Part shown: piece by piece, positions 50,679-59,868 of the stretch
How the letters are laid out: each line of letters opens with the position of its first letter
How positions within the stretch are numbered: position 1 is the first letter of the stretch
Source of the DNA: Gemmatimonadaceae bacterium
Lineage (GTDB): Bacteria > Gemmatimonadota > Gemmatimonadetes > Gemmatimonadales > Gemmatimonadaceae
Assembly (NCBI GenBank): GCA_051859245.1
Contig: JBHYGA010000005.1
Location: 577,313 to 641,312 of the forward strand
Length of the DNA stretch: 64,000 nucleotides
Direction of reading: 5' to 3'
Position numbers and translations under genes: made by a program
The notes under the pieces: generated by a model
The model's input: only the letters and a program-made list of their open reading frames with translations
The model's database searches: none
What the model was told of the DNA's origin: nothing

Positions 50679-51529
50679 CGCGCTGGCTCCGCGTCTGCTT
50701 TCACGCGTACGGGCTCCGCGACCCGGCCCGCTGTGAAGTCGGGAATCGGCTGCCCCTCGCGAAGCAGCTTGGTAACGAAGCGCTGTCCCTCGGCGACCCG
50801 CTCGATTTCAATGGCGACGGAATCGATGGACTGTTCCATTTGCTGGAAACGGGCCTCCGCTTCCCGCGAGATTGGAACGACGGGAGGCCGATTGCCACGC
50901 TTCCACAGGAAACGGGCCCCGGCAAGCGCGATCGGGAGCATGGTGAAGAAGAGCACCGGTTCAGTGAACGGTCCCCACGCGTTGATTACCGGCGGCTCCT
51001 GATTCTCTTCCTCACGCGTTTCGGCTTGCGTCGTGCCGAGTTTTGCCGCGAAGGACGCCTTGAGGTCGCTGTTGACTTGAATGTCTTTTTCGATCTGAAT
51101 CAATCGTGCATCGAGCTGTCCGATGCGCGCCTCAAGCCCCGCCTGCAGGGCTGGCGTTGAGGCATCTTCGAGCTCCCTGGCCAGGTTATCGCGCCGCCGC
51201 TGGACGCTCTGCAACTGATCGCTCAGATCATCTCCGCGCCGCTCGAGCGCCCGAACCTGGTCTCGAGTGAGCGGCACCACCGTTCCCATTCCCGGAACTT
51301 CGACACCGATGGCGCTTCCGGGCGCCGCCGGCGCCGGCGGTGGAGGGGGCGGCGCGGGTGCCGGCTGCGCGGTTGCTTGTTCCGCCGCCTGGGCTGCCGT
51401 CTGCGCCGCCGCCTCAGCGGCTCGCGCGGCCTGAACGGAAACCTCCTGAACGGGCGCCGCCTGCGCGGAGGTCCGAAGCGAACTCAGCGCAGGCTCCGCG
51501 CCGGCATTCTCTGGTGTGGCTACCGACAC
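50675..51529 (-). CDS. Hypothetical coiled-coil membrane protein
   Basis: Ala/Pro-rich N-terminus, coiled coil, TM helix, then RFQQMEQSIDSVAIEIERVAEGQRFVTKLL; GTG follows GAGGAGG (alternative ATG 51559). Confidence 0.8.
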   Translation of the reverse strand: MSVATPENAGAEPALSSLRTSAQAAPVQEVSVQAARAAEAAAQTAAQAAEQATAQPAPAPPPPPPAPAAPGSAIGVEVPGMGTVVPLTRDQVRALERRGDDLSDQLQSVQRRRDNLARELEDASTPALQAGLEARIGQLDARLIQIEKDIQVNSDLKASFAAKLGTTQAETREEENQEPPVINAWGPFTEPVLFFTMLPIALAGARFLWKRGNRPPVVPISREAEARFQQMEQSIDSVAIEIERVAEGQRFVTKLLREGQPIPDFTAGRVAEPVRVKADAEPAR

Positions 51530-51598
51530 GCGCATCGCCTCCTCAAAAAGTGGGTCCATTTACCACAATACGCGTGATTGGTAGCGGAGTTGCAAGGG

Positions 51599-52171
51599 CT
51601 AGCGGCCCATTGTGCTGGCGGTTTTCTGCGTGCCCTCGCGCAGCCAGCTGTCCACCACTTTGGTGAGGCGATCAAACGTCCCCTCGACCAGTTCGCGTTC
51701 ATCCGACGGCATCGCGCGCAGCACGAAGTCAGCCAGGTTGCCGATCACACGCCGCTCATCTACCGGGCGGATACCAATGCGCAGTCGCGGATACTCCGGC
51801 GTTCCGAGCTGCGACTGAATGGACTTGAGACCGTTATGGCCCCCGGCCGAACCGCCGGCGCGAAACCGATACTCGCCCACCGGAATCGCGACTTCATCAA
51901 CCACGACCAGTAGATCCTCAACGGCGTCAAAGCCGGCGCGCCCCATGTACGAGCGCAGCGCACTGCCCGAGAGGTTCATGAACGTTTGCGGTTTGACGAG
52001 TCGCACGCGCAGCGGCCCAAGGTAGCCGTCGGCCACATGGGTATCACGATCTTTGCGCCAACTTTCAAACGGCCACGTGCGCGCGAGATGGTCGATAAAC
52101 CACCAGCCCGCGTTGTGCCGCGTGTTCTCGTATTCGCGCCCCGGGTTGCCGAGGCCCATGATGATCTTCAC
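51599..52171 (-). CDS. pth: Peptidyl-tRNA hydrolase
   Basis: GLGNPG.EY.NTRHNAG, KPQTFMNLSG, GGHNGLKS, RLRIGI. Confidence 0.97.
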   Translation of the reverse strand: MKIIMGLGNPGREYENTRHNAGWWFIDHLARTWPFESWRKDRDTHVADGYLGPLRVRLVKPQTFMNLSGSALRSYMGRAGFDAVEDLLVVVDEVAIPVGEYRFRAGGSAGGHNGLKSIQSQLGTPEYPRLRIGIRPVDERRVIGNLADFVLRAMPSDERELVEGTFDRLTKVVDSWLREGTQKTASTMGR

Positions 52172-52245
52172 GGAGTCCGGGACGTCGTGAGTGAATGCGC
52201 AGCGCACGTGCGCGCAGAGGACAAGAACGACACGCGTACATACGC

Positions 52246-52287
52246 CAAGGGCGCGCGAGTGGTATGGTGTCCGCTCGCGCGCCCTTG
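52246..52287 (-). terminator. Stem-loop after rplY
   Basis: Perfect 14-bp inverted repeat caagggcgcgcgag/ctcgcgcgcccttg; no U-tract. Confidence 0.5.
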
Positions 52288-52300
52288 TGCCATGCGATGC

Positions 52301-52933
52301 TTACTTCGCGTCGTCGGCCTTGGCCTTGCGAATGACTTCCGGCTCGGCAACGGCATCCGTCGTTTCCGTGGCGCCCGCCTTGGACGCCTGCACGATGCAC
52401 ACGGTGTTGCCCGGATCGTCCATGACTTTCACGCCAGCCGGCAGCACGAGGTCAGACACGTGCAGCGACTTGCCAACGTGCAGCTCGGAGATGTCGACGT
52501 TGATGTGGTCGGGAATGTTGGCCGGCAACGCTTCGATCAAGAGTTCATGCATGATCTGATCGAGGATACCCGCGTCAACACGCACGCCAATCGGCGTGCC
52601 GTGGTACACGATCGGGCACTTGAGCGTGATCGCTTCGCCGGCCACGACTTCCTGGAAGTCGACGTGCATGATCTGCTTCTTGAACGGGTGGCGCTGGATT
52701 TCGCGGATGAGCGAGCGCGCCGGCGTACCAGCGAGGTCGAGCTCGATCACGGTGCTGCCAGCGGCGACCTTGCTGATCAGACGCTCGAACTCCCGTGCGT
52801 TCACGGAGAGCGACTGTGGCTCGCGGCCGTGGCCGTAGATCACAGCGGGGATTTCACCGTTCTGACGAAGCTTGCGCGCGACGCCCTTGCCGGTGTCGGT
52901 ACGAAGATTTGCGGAAAGCGTAGCGGATGTCAT
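52301..52933 (-). CDS. rplY: 50S ribosomal protein L25 (Ctc type)
   Basis: GKG.ARKLR..G.IPAVIYG, EIQRHP, HVDF; long C-terminal domain. Confidence 0.97.
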   Translation of the reverse strand: MTSATLSANLRTDTGKGVARKLRQNGEIPAVIYGHGREPQSLSVNAREFERLISKVAAGSTVIELDLAGTPARSLIREIQRHPFKKQIMHVDFQEVVAGEAITLKCPIVYHGTPIGVRVDAGILDQIMHELLIEALPANIPDHINVDISELHVGKSLHVSDLVLPAGVKVMDDPGNTVCIVQASKAGATETTDAVAEPEVIRKAKADDAK

Positions 52934-52981
52934 GGCAGGACTCTGGGAATCGCGTGGACAACAAAGTGAAGAGCGTACCGC

Positions 52982-53935
52982 TCAATCGAACAGCGAGCTC
53001 ACCGACTGATCGGAATGCGTAAAACGGATCGCCTTCGCTGTGAGCTCTCCAACAGAGAGCACCGTGAGCGCCGGGAACCGCTTCTCGGGCGGAACGGCAA
53101 TGGTGTCTGTTAACACCACTTCCGTAATGGGCGCCGACGAGAGTCGCTCCACGGCCGGGCCGGAAAGCAACGCATGTGTAGCGCACACGTAGATGTCGTT
53201 GGCGCCGAGCTCCTTGAGAGCCCGAGCCGCTTCGGACACGGTCCCTGCGGTGTCGATCATGTCGTCGGGAATAATGCAGTCCCGGCCGGCCACTTCACCC
53301 ACCACATTGACCACTTCTGCAACGTTCGCCTTGGGGCGCCGCTTGTCGATAATGGCCAGTGACGCGTCGAGTCGTTTTGCGAATCCACGTGCCATCTTGG
53401 CCGAACCAACATCCGGTGCCACCACGACGAGATCCTTCAGGTTCTTCTTGCGAAAATGCGAGACGAACACCGGTGCTGCGTACAGGTGATCGACTGGAAT
53501 ATCAAAAAAGCCCTGCAACTGATGCTGGTGAAAGTCGATGCCCAGCAACCGATCCGCACCGGCCGTTTCGATCAGATTGGCCACCAACTTGGCACCAATC
53601 GCCACACGCGGCTGATCCTTTCGGTCCTGACGCGCGTAGCCGAAGTAGGGCAGGACGCAGGTGATGCGTGCCGCTGACGCTCGGCGAGCCGCGTCGATCA
53701 ACAGCAACAGCTCCAACACATTCTCGGCTGGTGGGTTCGTTGGCTGAACGATGAAGACGTCAGCGCCACGAATGTTCTCGTCGATGCGCACGAACACTTC
53801 ACCGTCTGCGAAGCGCGATACCGCCACGCGACACAGTTCCGTTCCGAGGTGCTTCGCGATTTCCTCGGCGAGCGCCGGATTGGCGGTGCCGGACAGAATC
53901 TTGAAGCCACTCTTGGGAACAGTCAGCCGATCCAT
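52982..53935 (-). CDS. prs: Ribose-phosphate pyrophosphokinase
   Basis: FADGE, PYFGYARQDRK, VAPDVG, IDKRR, DDMIDTAGT, ATHA. Confidence 0.98.
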   Translation of the reverse strand: MDRLTVPKSGFKILSGTANPALAEEIAKHLGTELCRVAVSRFADGEVFVRIDENIRGADVFIVQPTNPPAENVLELLLLIDAARRASAARITCVLPYFGYARQDRKDQPRVAIGAKLVANLIETAGADRLLGIDFHQHQLQGFFDIPVDHLYAAPVFVSHFRKKNLKDLVVVAPDVGSAKMARGFAKRLDASLAIIDKRRPKANVAEVVNVVGEVAGRDCIIPDDMIDTAGTVSEAARALKELGANDIYVCATHALLSGPAVERLSSAPITEVVLTDTIAVPPEKRFPALTVLSVGELTAKAIRFTHSDQSVSSLFD

Positions 53936-54082
53936 CGACCGCAGCCTTGATAATTAGCGGAAACAGGAGGACAGGAACAAGGGCACGCGGCCACTGTCCC
54001 TGCGCATGACACCACAGGTCCATCCACCAGCTAGCCCCGCAACATAATGGTATCCGGATGGAAACGGAGCCCCCGGCGGCAC

Positions 54083-54123
54083 AAAAAAACAGCGCCCGCC
54101 CACCGAAACGGTAGGCGGGCGCT
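54083..54123 (-). terminator. Intrinsic terminator after tRNA-Gln
   Basis: Stem AGCGCCCGCC...GGCGGGCGCU followed by G and a 7-U tract. Confidence 0.88.
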
Positions 54124-54127
54124 CCAG

Positions 54128-54198
54128 TTGCCCCGCTTGGATTCGAACCAAGATAGCCACATCCAAAGTGTGGAGTCCTGCCATTGGACGACAGGGCA
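54128..54198 (-). tRNA. tRNA-Gln(TTG), CCA not encoded
   Basis: Acceptor TGCCCTG/CGGGGCA; D-loop AATGGCAGG; anticodon arm CCACA-CTTTGGA-TGTGG; T-arm CTTGG-TTCGAAT-CCAAG; conserved ispE-tRNA-prs context. Confidence 0.96.
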
Positions 54199-54239
54199 GT
54201 GACACGCCACTCCTGCGCATGGAGTGGCGTACCAATCCA

Positions 54240-54268
54240 ATATTATGCGATTGGCTCCGGAGCGACAA
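54240..54268 (-). promoter_or_regulatory. Sigma70-type promoter for tRNA-Gln
   Basis: TTGTCG-N17-TAATAT overlapping the ispE stop. Confidence 0.55.
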
Positions 54269-55199
54269 TTGCTGCCGCGGTGCGAGTTTCGACCACGTGC
54301 TCGCCGCGCAGGCTGTCGGGCCATGTGACAGGCACGTGGTCCGGGCTGACCAGGAAGCACGTGGCGCCACTCCCGGACATCATACCCAGCGCGTCGTGGC
54401 CATGATCCCTGAGTTCACGCGCGACCCGGTACAAGGCGGGCAGGCAGCGCGCGACACCGGCATGGATCGACGGAACCACCTCTTCAAAGTCATTCACGGC
54501 AATGGCCGACACCGCCGACCAGCTGGCGAAGTCGGACAACGTATAGAGCCGCTGCTCGCGTGCGGGCGTGTGCTCAGCCTGAGCGCGATTCGCCGCGAGG
54601 GCGCCGTAGGCGGCGGCGGTGTTCACGCCGTCTGCAAAGGTCACGAGTCGAACCGACCGCTCCGGCAATGGTGGAAGTGCCAGCAGCCGATCGCCACGGC
54701 CCCACGTCCATGCGAGCAGCGCGTCGCTCACCAGAAACGGCACGTCGGCACCGAGTCCGGCGGCGATCGCCAACAGCGCTTCGTGTGCAATTGGATGTGG
54801 CGCGATCGCGTTCAGACCGCGGAGCACTGCCGCTGCGTCGGCGCTACCGCCGCCAAGCCCACCGCCGACTGGAATGTGTTTGTCGATCGTGATCGCAAAT
54901 GCGCGTGGCCACTGCGCGATTCGCGCGTACTGCTCGGCCGCGCGCCACGCCAGGTTCTGCTCCGGTGCGCCAAGTCCGGCGAGTGGCATGGCCGGACCGG
55001 TACACACCAGCGAGCTCGTGGCGACATCGGTGCGAATCGTGACGTGATCTGCGAGTGCCAATTTGATGAACAGCGATTCGAGCGTGTGATAGCCGCTCGC
55101 TTCGCGCGCCAGAATGCGGAGTCGCAGATTGAGTTTGGCGTTGGCCACGACGCGCACCGCTGTTGCCGGCGTCGCGGCATGCGCTGAGCGATCGTTCAT
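54243..55199 (-). CDS. ispE: 4-diphosphocytidyl-2-C-methyl-D-erythritol kinase
   Basis: AKLNL.L, GYH.LES, KHIPVGGGLGGGSADAA, GADVPF, NDFE, MSGSG. Confidence 0.96.
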   Translation of the reverse strand: MNDRSAHAATPATAVRVVANAKLNLRLRILAREASGYHTLESLFIKLALADHVTIRTDVATSSLVCTGPAMPLAGLGAPEQNLAWRAAEQYARIAQWPRAFAITIDKHIPVGGGLGGGSADAAAVLRGLNAIAPHPIAHEALLAIAAGLGADVPFLVSDALLAWTWGRGDRLLALPPLPERSVRLVTFADGVNTAAAYGALAANRAQAEHTPAREQRLYTLSDFASWSAVSAIAVNDFEEVVPSIHAGVARCLPALYRVARELRDHGHDALGMMSGSGATCFLVSPDHVPVTWPDSLRGEHVVETRTAAAIVAPEPIA

Positions 55200-56263
55200 G
55201 GCGCGCGTTGCTCTGGCTCGTGCACGAACGTGTCACGTGCGTCTTTCACGTCGCGTGCACGCTCGGCGGCGCCGCCGATGTCGCGGAGATTGATGCCGAG
55301 ACGCGCGAGGTACACGATGCCAAACACGGTGATCGGGATGAACGACAACATGTGGTAGCCGACGGCCCAACTGATCGCCACATCCGCACTTACGCCATAC
55401 ACACCCAGTCCGCTTGTCGCTGCGTACTCGAACACGCCCACAAAGCCAGGCGATGAAGGCAGGGCCACCGCAAAGCCAAGCACGCCCTGCAGGAACAACG
55501 CGGCGCTGAACGGTGCGTCCATGCCAACGGCAAGAAAGCCAATCCACAGTGCGACGGCGTGAACGAGCCAGTGCGCGAATGCCCACCATAACACGAGAGC
55601 AAAGCGGCGTGCGTCGCGCAACACCGCAAGCCCACCGAGGGCTTGATCAGCAAAACCCTCAATACGTGCCGCGAAGCGTGGTACGACACGATCCGCGATG
55701 GAGCGGACCACGCTGAGCATGCGTGCGGGATTGAGGACCGCGACGTAACACGCGAGCAGCAGCACGAGCACGCCGGAGATACCGGCAACCGCGAACTGCG
55801 GCACGGTCATTCCCGCTAGCTCCGCGCCTGCCGGAAATGCCGGCGAGAGCATCGCGCCAAACATGAGCGCGAGCAAAACAATCGCATCGAATATGCGATC
55901 GACGGCGAGCGAGGCGAGTGATGTGGTGAATGAGACGCGAGGTACTTCGCGCGACAGTGCGAGCGCTCGCGCCACCTCGCCAGCGCGAGCTGGCACCAGA
56001 TTGTTCACCATCATGCCGATCGCCGTGCTGCGCCACAGCGGACCAAACGGAATGTGTCCCGCGACGGGTTGCAGAATCGACTGCCACCGAATGGCGCGCA
56101 GTGGAAAAATCAGCGTGGCGACCACCGCACACAGCGCAAAGAGCCACGGGTTTGACGCCCGTAGCACATCGATCACGTTGCCGAGTGGAACAGCGCGAAA
56201 TGCCAACCACAAAAAGAGCGCGCTGACGCCAAAGCCCAGCGCAACCTTCCAATTCAGCTTCAC
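55196..56263 (-). CDS. Lysylphosphatidylglycerol synthase TM-domain / flippase-like protein (UPF0104)
   Basis: RW..IL, G...NN..PARAGE..R, DR.FD, P.SPG..G.FE; multi-TM. Confidence 0.88.
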   Translation of the reverse strand: MKLNWKVALGFGVSALFLWLAFRAVPLGNVIDVLRASNPWLFALCAVVATLIFPLRAIRWQSILQPVAGHIPFGPLWRSTAIGMMVNNLVPARAGEVARALALSREVPRVSFTTSLASLAVDRIFDAIVLLALMFGAMLSPAFPAGAELAGMTVPQFAVAGISGVLVLLLACYVAVLNPARMLSVVRSIADRVVPRFAARIEGFADQALGGLAVLRDARRFALVLWWAFAHWLVHAVALWIGFLAVGMDAPFSAALFLQGVLGFAVALPSSPGFVGVFEYAATSGLGVYGVSADVAISWAVGYHMLSFIPITVFGIVYLARLGINLRDIGGAAERARDVKDARDTFVHEPEQRAP

Positions 56264-56272
56264 ATTCAGATC

Positions 56273-57610
56273 CTAGCGCGCCACGGCGAGATCAAGCAGA
56301 TCGCTTAACTCGTCAATCAACGATGCCGTGGTGGGATCGAGCGATGTTCCGCCCGCCCGCTGCCAGGCGGCGCGTAGTTCATCGCGCACAACACGCGCAC
56401 GCTGCAGTGCGGCGTTCCCGTTGTAGAGCAGCGATTCAATTGGCACGATCTCGTTGCTCTCCGCGGGCGTCGCGGTGGCGGCGCTCGTGATGGCGGGGCT
56501 CGAGATGGCGGGACTCGCCACACGATCACTCGCCACCGGCGTTCTCGCGGCGACCGCACGCGCGGGCGTGGCACTGATCACCGGCGCGTTGATCACTGTT
56601 GGCCGCATTGATACCGACTGCACGGCCGAAACGCGCGCCGGTGTGGCGCGCACTTCGGGCATGCGCACTTCGGGCATGCGCACTTCGGGCATGCGCACTT
56701 CGGGTGCACGCACCTCGGGCGCACGCGCGTCGGTTGCATTCCCTGTGGAGGCCGCAATGGCCGGGCGGGCAGACGGCGTGGCGTCCGTACCGGGCCAGGT
56801 CGTGCCATGCTCACGGACGCGGGCGGCGAGCTCATGATCTGACAGCTCACGATCCATCAACAGTCGCGCGAACGCCTGAATGGCGACGCGCTCGGCCGGC
56901 GGTTGCATGGACGATCGCGCCATGCGCATGGCCAGGCCGGCGATCGAAGTGGCGCCGTAGCTGTCGGCTACATCTGAGAGCCCCAGCAGCGTGCGCCGCA
57001 GCGCATCGGTCAACGCGAGTTGTTGCGTGCCACGCTCACCCGTGGCCAGGTTGGCGGCTTCGCGATCAACGCCGTCGGCGGCGGCCGCCAGATCGGTACG
57101 AAAGCGTTCAGCCAGCGTGATCGGAGGTTCGGGATTGCGCTGCACAATGCCGGGCGCGCCGTCATCTGGAAACAGTCGCGCGATCGGCACCACCGGTGAG
57201 GCTGGCGATGCCGCGGGCGCGAGGGAGGAGAGGTAGCCGGCCGCCACCGCGGCGAGGGCCACGGAGCTGGTGCGCGCCGAGCGTGAGTGTTCGTCGGTCC
57301 AATGCTCGGCGTGCTCGGTCAGGGCGCGCAATGAAGCGAGCGCACCCCGCACCGCAAAATGCAGCCGCTGATCCCAGCGCAACTCGCCGTCACGCAGCCC
57401 GCCCGCGATGCGTTCCATGGTAGACGCCAGTTCCGGCAGCCCGGTGAGCTTGGTCATGCTCGCGGCGCCGCGCAGGGCGCGTGACTGCGCCAGAAACGTG
57501 GCCGCATCGGGGGCGTCTGTCTCGTCGTTCGCCAGCAGTTGATCGAGACGATCGAGGTATTCGCCAGCTTCCTGACGAAAGAACGCAAGCAGGGCGGGAG
57601 GCGTACTCAT
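56273..57610 (-). CDS. Hpt-like domain protein lacking the phospho-acceptor His
   Basis: [19 protein letters not shown] (canonical H.LKG), LA..ME; low-complexity linker. Confidence 0.7.
   Translation of the reverse strand: MSTPPALLAFFRQEAGEYLDRLDQLLANDETDAPDAATFLAQSRALRGAASMTKLTGLPELASTMERIAGGLRDGELRWDQRLHFAVRGALASLRALTEHAEHWTDEHSRSARTSSVALAAVAAGYLSSLAPAASPASPVVPIARLFPDDGAPGIVQRNPEPPITLAERFRTDLAAAADGVDREAANLATGERGTQQLALTDALRRTLLGLSDVADSYGATSIAGLAMRMARSSMQPPAERVAIQAFARLLMDRELSDHELAARVREHGTTWPGTDATPSARPAIAASTGNATDARAPEVRAPEVRMPEVRMPEVRMPEVRATPARVSAVQSVSMRPTVINAPVISATPARAVAARTPVASDRVASPAISSPAITSAATATPAESNEIVPIESLLYNGNAALQRARVVRDELRAAWQRAGGTSLDPTTASLIDELSDLLDLAVAR
56648..56722. repeat. 15-bp tandem repeat x5 (gcgcacttcgggcat), encoding (M/A)PEVR
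   Basis: Three identical and two degenerate units, in frame. Confidence 0.9.
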
Positions 57611-58413
57611 GCGCGAGGGGCTCGGGCGAGGTCCATGGCGTGCCGGATTTCCCGGACCGCCTCAGCGAGACCAACAAAAACGGATCGGCTCACAATCGAG
57701 TGACCGATGTTCAGCTCTTCGATGCCCTCAATGGCGGCCACCGGCCCGACATTGTGCACGGTCAGACCGTGTCCGGCGTGCACGGCGAGGCCGAGCGAGC
57801 GGCCGTGCAGCGTGGCGACCCGCAGGCTCTCGAGTGTGCGAGGATCATTCGGGGCATGGGCGTACGTTCCGGTGTGCAGTTCCACGGCGTCCGCACCGAT
57901 GCGGTGAGCGGCGGTGACGGACTCGATGGTGGGATCGACAAACAGACTACTACGCACCCCGGCGCGTTTCAGTCGCGTTACGGCGAGTGCCAGCTCTGTG
58001 ACGTTCCGCACGACGTCCAGTCCTCCTTCTGTGGTTACTTCCATGCGTCGTTCGGGTACCAGAGTCACCTCTTGCGGGCGCAGTCGTTCAGCCAGGGCGA
58101 GCATCTCGTCCAGCGCGGCGCACTCCAGGTTGAGGACGGTGCGAATGGATGTGGCGAGTCGCTCGATATCGTCGTCCTGCACGTGGCGTCGGTCTTCGCG
58201 CAGATGGGCGGTAATGCCATCGGCGCCGGCCGTTTCACAGAGGAGTGCGGCGTCGACCGGATCGGGTTCGGCACCGCGCCGGGCCTGTCGCAGCGTGGCC
58301 ACGTGGTCGATGTTCACGAACAAACGCAGCGCCGGTGGGCGCTGATTGCTGGGGCTGTTGGTGGCCGTTACGTTCGCGTCAGCCGGCGCGGCGGAAAATC
58401 GTGCGTCATTCAT
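57607..58413 (-). CDS. pdxJ: Pyridoxine 5'-phosphate synthase
   Basis: [47 protein letters not shown]; start uncertain. Confidence 0.97.
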   Translation of the reverse strand: MNDARFSAAPADANVTATNSPSNQRPPALRLFVNIDHVATLRQARRGAEPDPVDAALLCETAGADGITAHLREDRRHVQDDDIERLATSIRTVLNLECAALDEMLALAERLRPQEVTLVPERRMEVTTEGGLDVVRNVTELALAVTRLKRAGVRSSLFVDPTIESVTAAHRIGADAVELHTGTYAHAPNDPRTLESLRVATLHGRSLGLAVHAGHGLTVHNVGPVAAIEGIEELNIGHSIVSRSVFVGLAEAVREIRHAMDLARAPRA

Positions 58414-58440
58414 GCAGGTAATGCAGCGAAGGAGGAAGCG

Positions 58441-58923
58441 GTGCGCAAGACTGTGTTGAAAGCGGGTTTCGTGATAGTGGCGTTGGTGACCAGTGCCTGC
58501 TCAAGCGCCACCTCGGGTGGCGGCACGTCGTCGCGCACCGCGCCGGCGCCGCTGGCCGGTAGTACGGCTGGCGCCACGTCGGCCAAGGAGTCGGTGGAGC
58601 TGTTCATGCGGGCCGTAAAGGCACAGGATCTCCAAACGATGTCTGCAGTGTGGGGCACTTCGCGCGGGCCGGCGCGGGAACTCATGGGCCGCGACGAGCT
58701 GGAAAAGCGTCTCATCATTATCCAGTGCAAACTCGATCACGAGACATGGGGTTTCGCCGTGGACAAGCCGCGCCTCGTGGCCGGCGGCAAACAGGACTTC
58801 CAGGTAAAGCTGCGCACGAAGCAGTCTGAAGCCACCACATCATTTACCACGATCATGGGTCCGGAGAATCGGTGGTTCGTGGAGATTGTGGACATGGAGC
58901 CGCTGCGCGATTTCTGCCGCTGA
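58441..58923 (+). CDS. Hypothetical lipoprotein
   Basis: AAGGAGG RBS, GTG start, lipobox-like TSAC; compact C-terminal domain. Confidence 0.75.
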   Translation: MRKTVLKAGFVIVALVTSACSSATSGGGTSSRTAPAPLAGSTAGATSAKESVELFMRAVKAQDLQTMSAVWGTSRGPARELMGRDELEKRLIIIQCKLDHETWGFAVDKPRLVAGGKQDFQVKLRTKQSEATTSFTTIMGPENRWFVEIVDMEPLRDFCR

Positions 58924-59027
58924 CCCTACCCGCGTGATCGAACTCCGCGCCGACCGTTCGGGAACCAACTCGCGCCAATCGTGATAGGTCACGGTGCGGG
59001 AGCCGCTGGCCCGGTTTGGGCCAGTCG

Positions 59028-59453
59028 CTAGTATTCAGATAGTTCGATGAGCACGCCGCCCGTGGCTGATGGATGGAGAAACGCAATCCGTTTCCCTTCT
59101 GCTCCAAGGCGCGGCGTTTCGTCGATCAGGCGGACTCCGGCCGCTCGGCATTTCGCGAGCGTGCCGTCAAGATCGTCAACATTAAAACAGACGTGATGAA
59201 TGCCCGGGCCGCGTTTGGCGACAAACTTCGCGATTGGCGAGTTGTCAGTGCGGGCCTCGAGCAGTTCGACCAGCGAATCACCGGCAGCGAGTCCAGCAAT
59301 GGCCGCGCCGTCGGCATCGTCCAATGGAACGTCGGGCAGTCCCAGCACGTCGCGATAGAAGGGCAACAGCTCGTCGAGGTCACGTACGGCAATGCCAATG
59401 TGGGCAATGCGTGTCCCGCGGCGGAGAGATTCGGTCATGGCAGCACTGGTCAT
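59028..59453 (-). CDS. mce: Methylmalonyl-CoA epimerase (VOC family)
   Basis: HIGIAV, ELLE, SPIAKF..KRGPGIHH, IAFLHP..TGGVLIEL. Confidence 0.92.
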   Translation of the reverse strand: MTSAAMTESLRRGTRIAHIGIAVRDLDELLPFYRDVLGLPDVPLDDADGAAIAGLAAGDSLVELLEARTDNSPIAKFVAKRGPGIHHVCFNVDDLDGTLAKCRAAGVRLIDETPRLGAEGKRIAFLHPSATGGVLIELSEY

Positions 59454-59534
59454 GGGTGAGTCTTTACAAATTCTAATCTTGAGCAGCGGCGTCAGCAGTC
59501 GTACGCACGACCTACGGCGCCGCACGGAGCACAG

Positions 59535-59861
59535 ATGGCCAATGCACTGGCAGTAACGGACGACAACTTCGCCACCGAAATCGAGTCGCACGAAGGGCTC
59601 GCGATGGTCGACTTCTGGGCCACCTGGTGCGCCCCGTGTCGCATGATCGCGCCAATCGTGGAGTCACTGGCTACAGATTACGCGGGCAAGGTCAAGGTGG
59701 CCAAGCTCGACGTGGATTCCAATCAGAAGACGGCGATGAAGTTCAACGTCCGCTCGATCCCCACGATTCTGTTCTTCAAGAACGGCAAGCTGGTGGATCA
59801 GGTCGTGGGCGCGGTGCCGCGCCCGGCGATCGAGGCGAAGTTCACGCAACACGCTGGCTGA
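59535..59861 (+). CDS. trxA: Thioredoxin
   Basis: VDFWATWCAPC, VRSIPT, FKNG. Confidence 0.97.
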   Translation: MANALAVTDDNFATEIESHEGLAMVDFWATWCAPCRMIAPIVESLATDYAGKVKVAKLDVDSNQKTAMKFNVRSIPTILFFKNGKLVDQVVGAVPRPAIEAKFTQHAG

Positions 59862-59868
59862 TCACAGT

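Noticed and set aside
54128..54198. tRNA as an integration site for a genomic island
   Set aside because: No integrase and no duplicated 3' end seen; flanks are the conserved ispE and prs genes
56648..56722. Short repeats as a CRISPR array
   Set aside because: Tandem units without spacers, in frame within a CDS, and no cas genes; the same applies to the repeats at 25953 and 63895
59620..59640. WCAPC thioredoxin active site as a novelty
   Set aside because: Common variant of WCGPC
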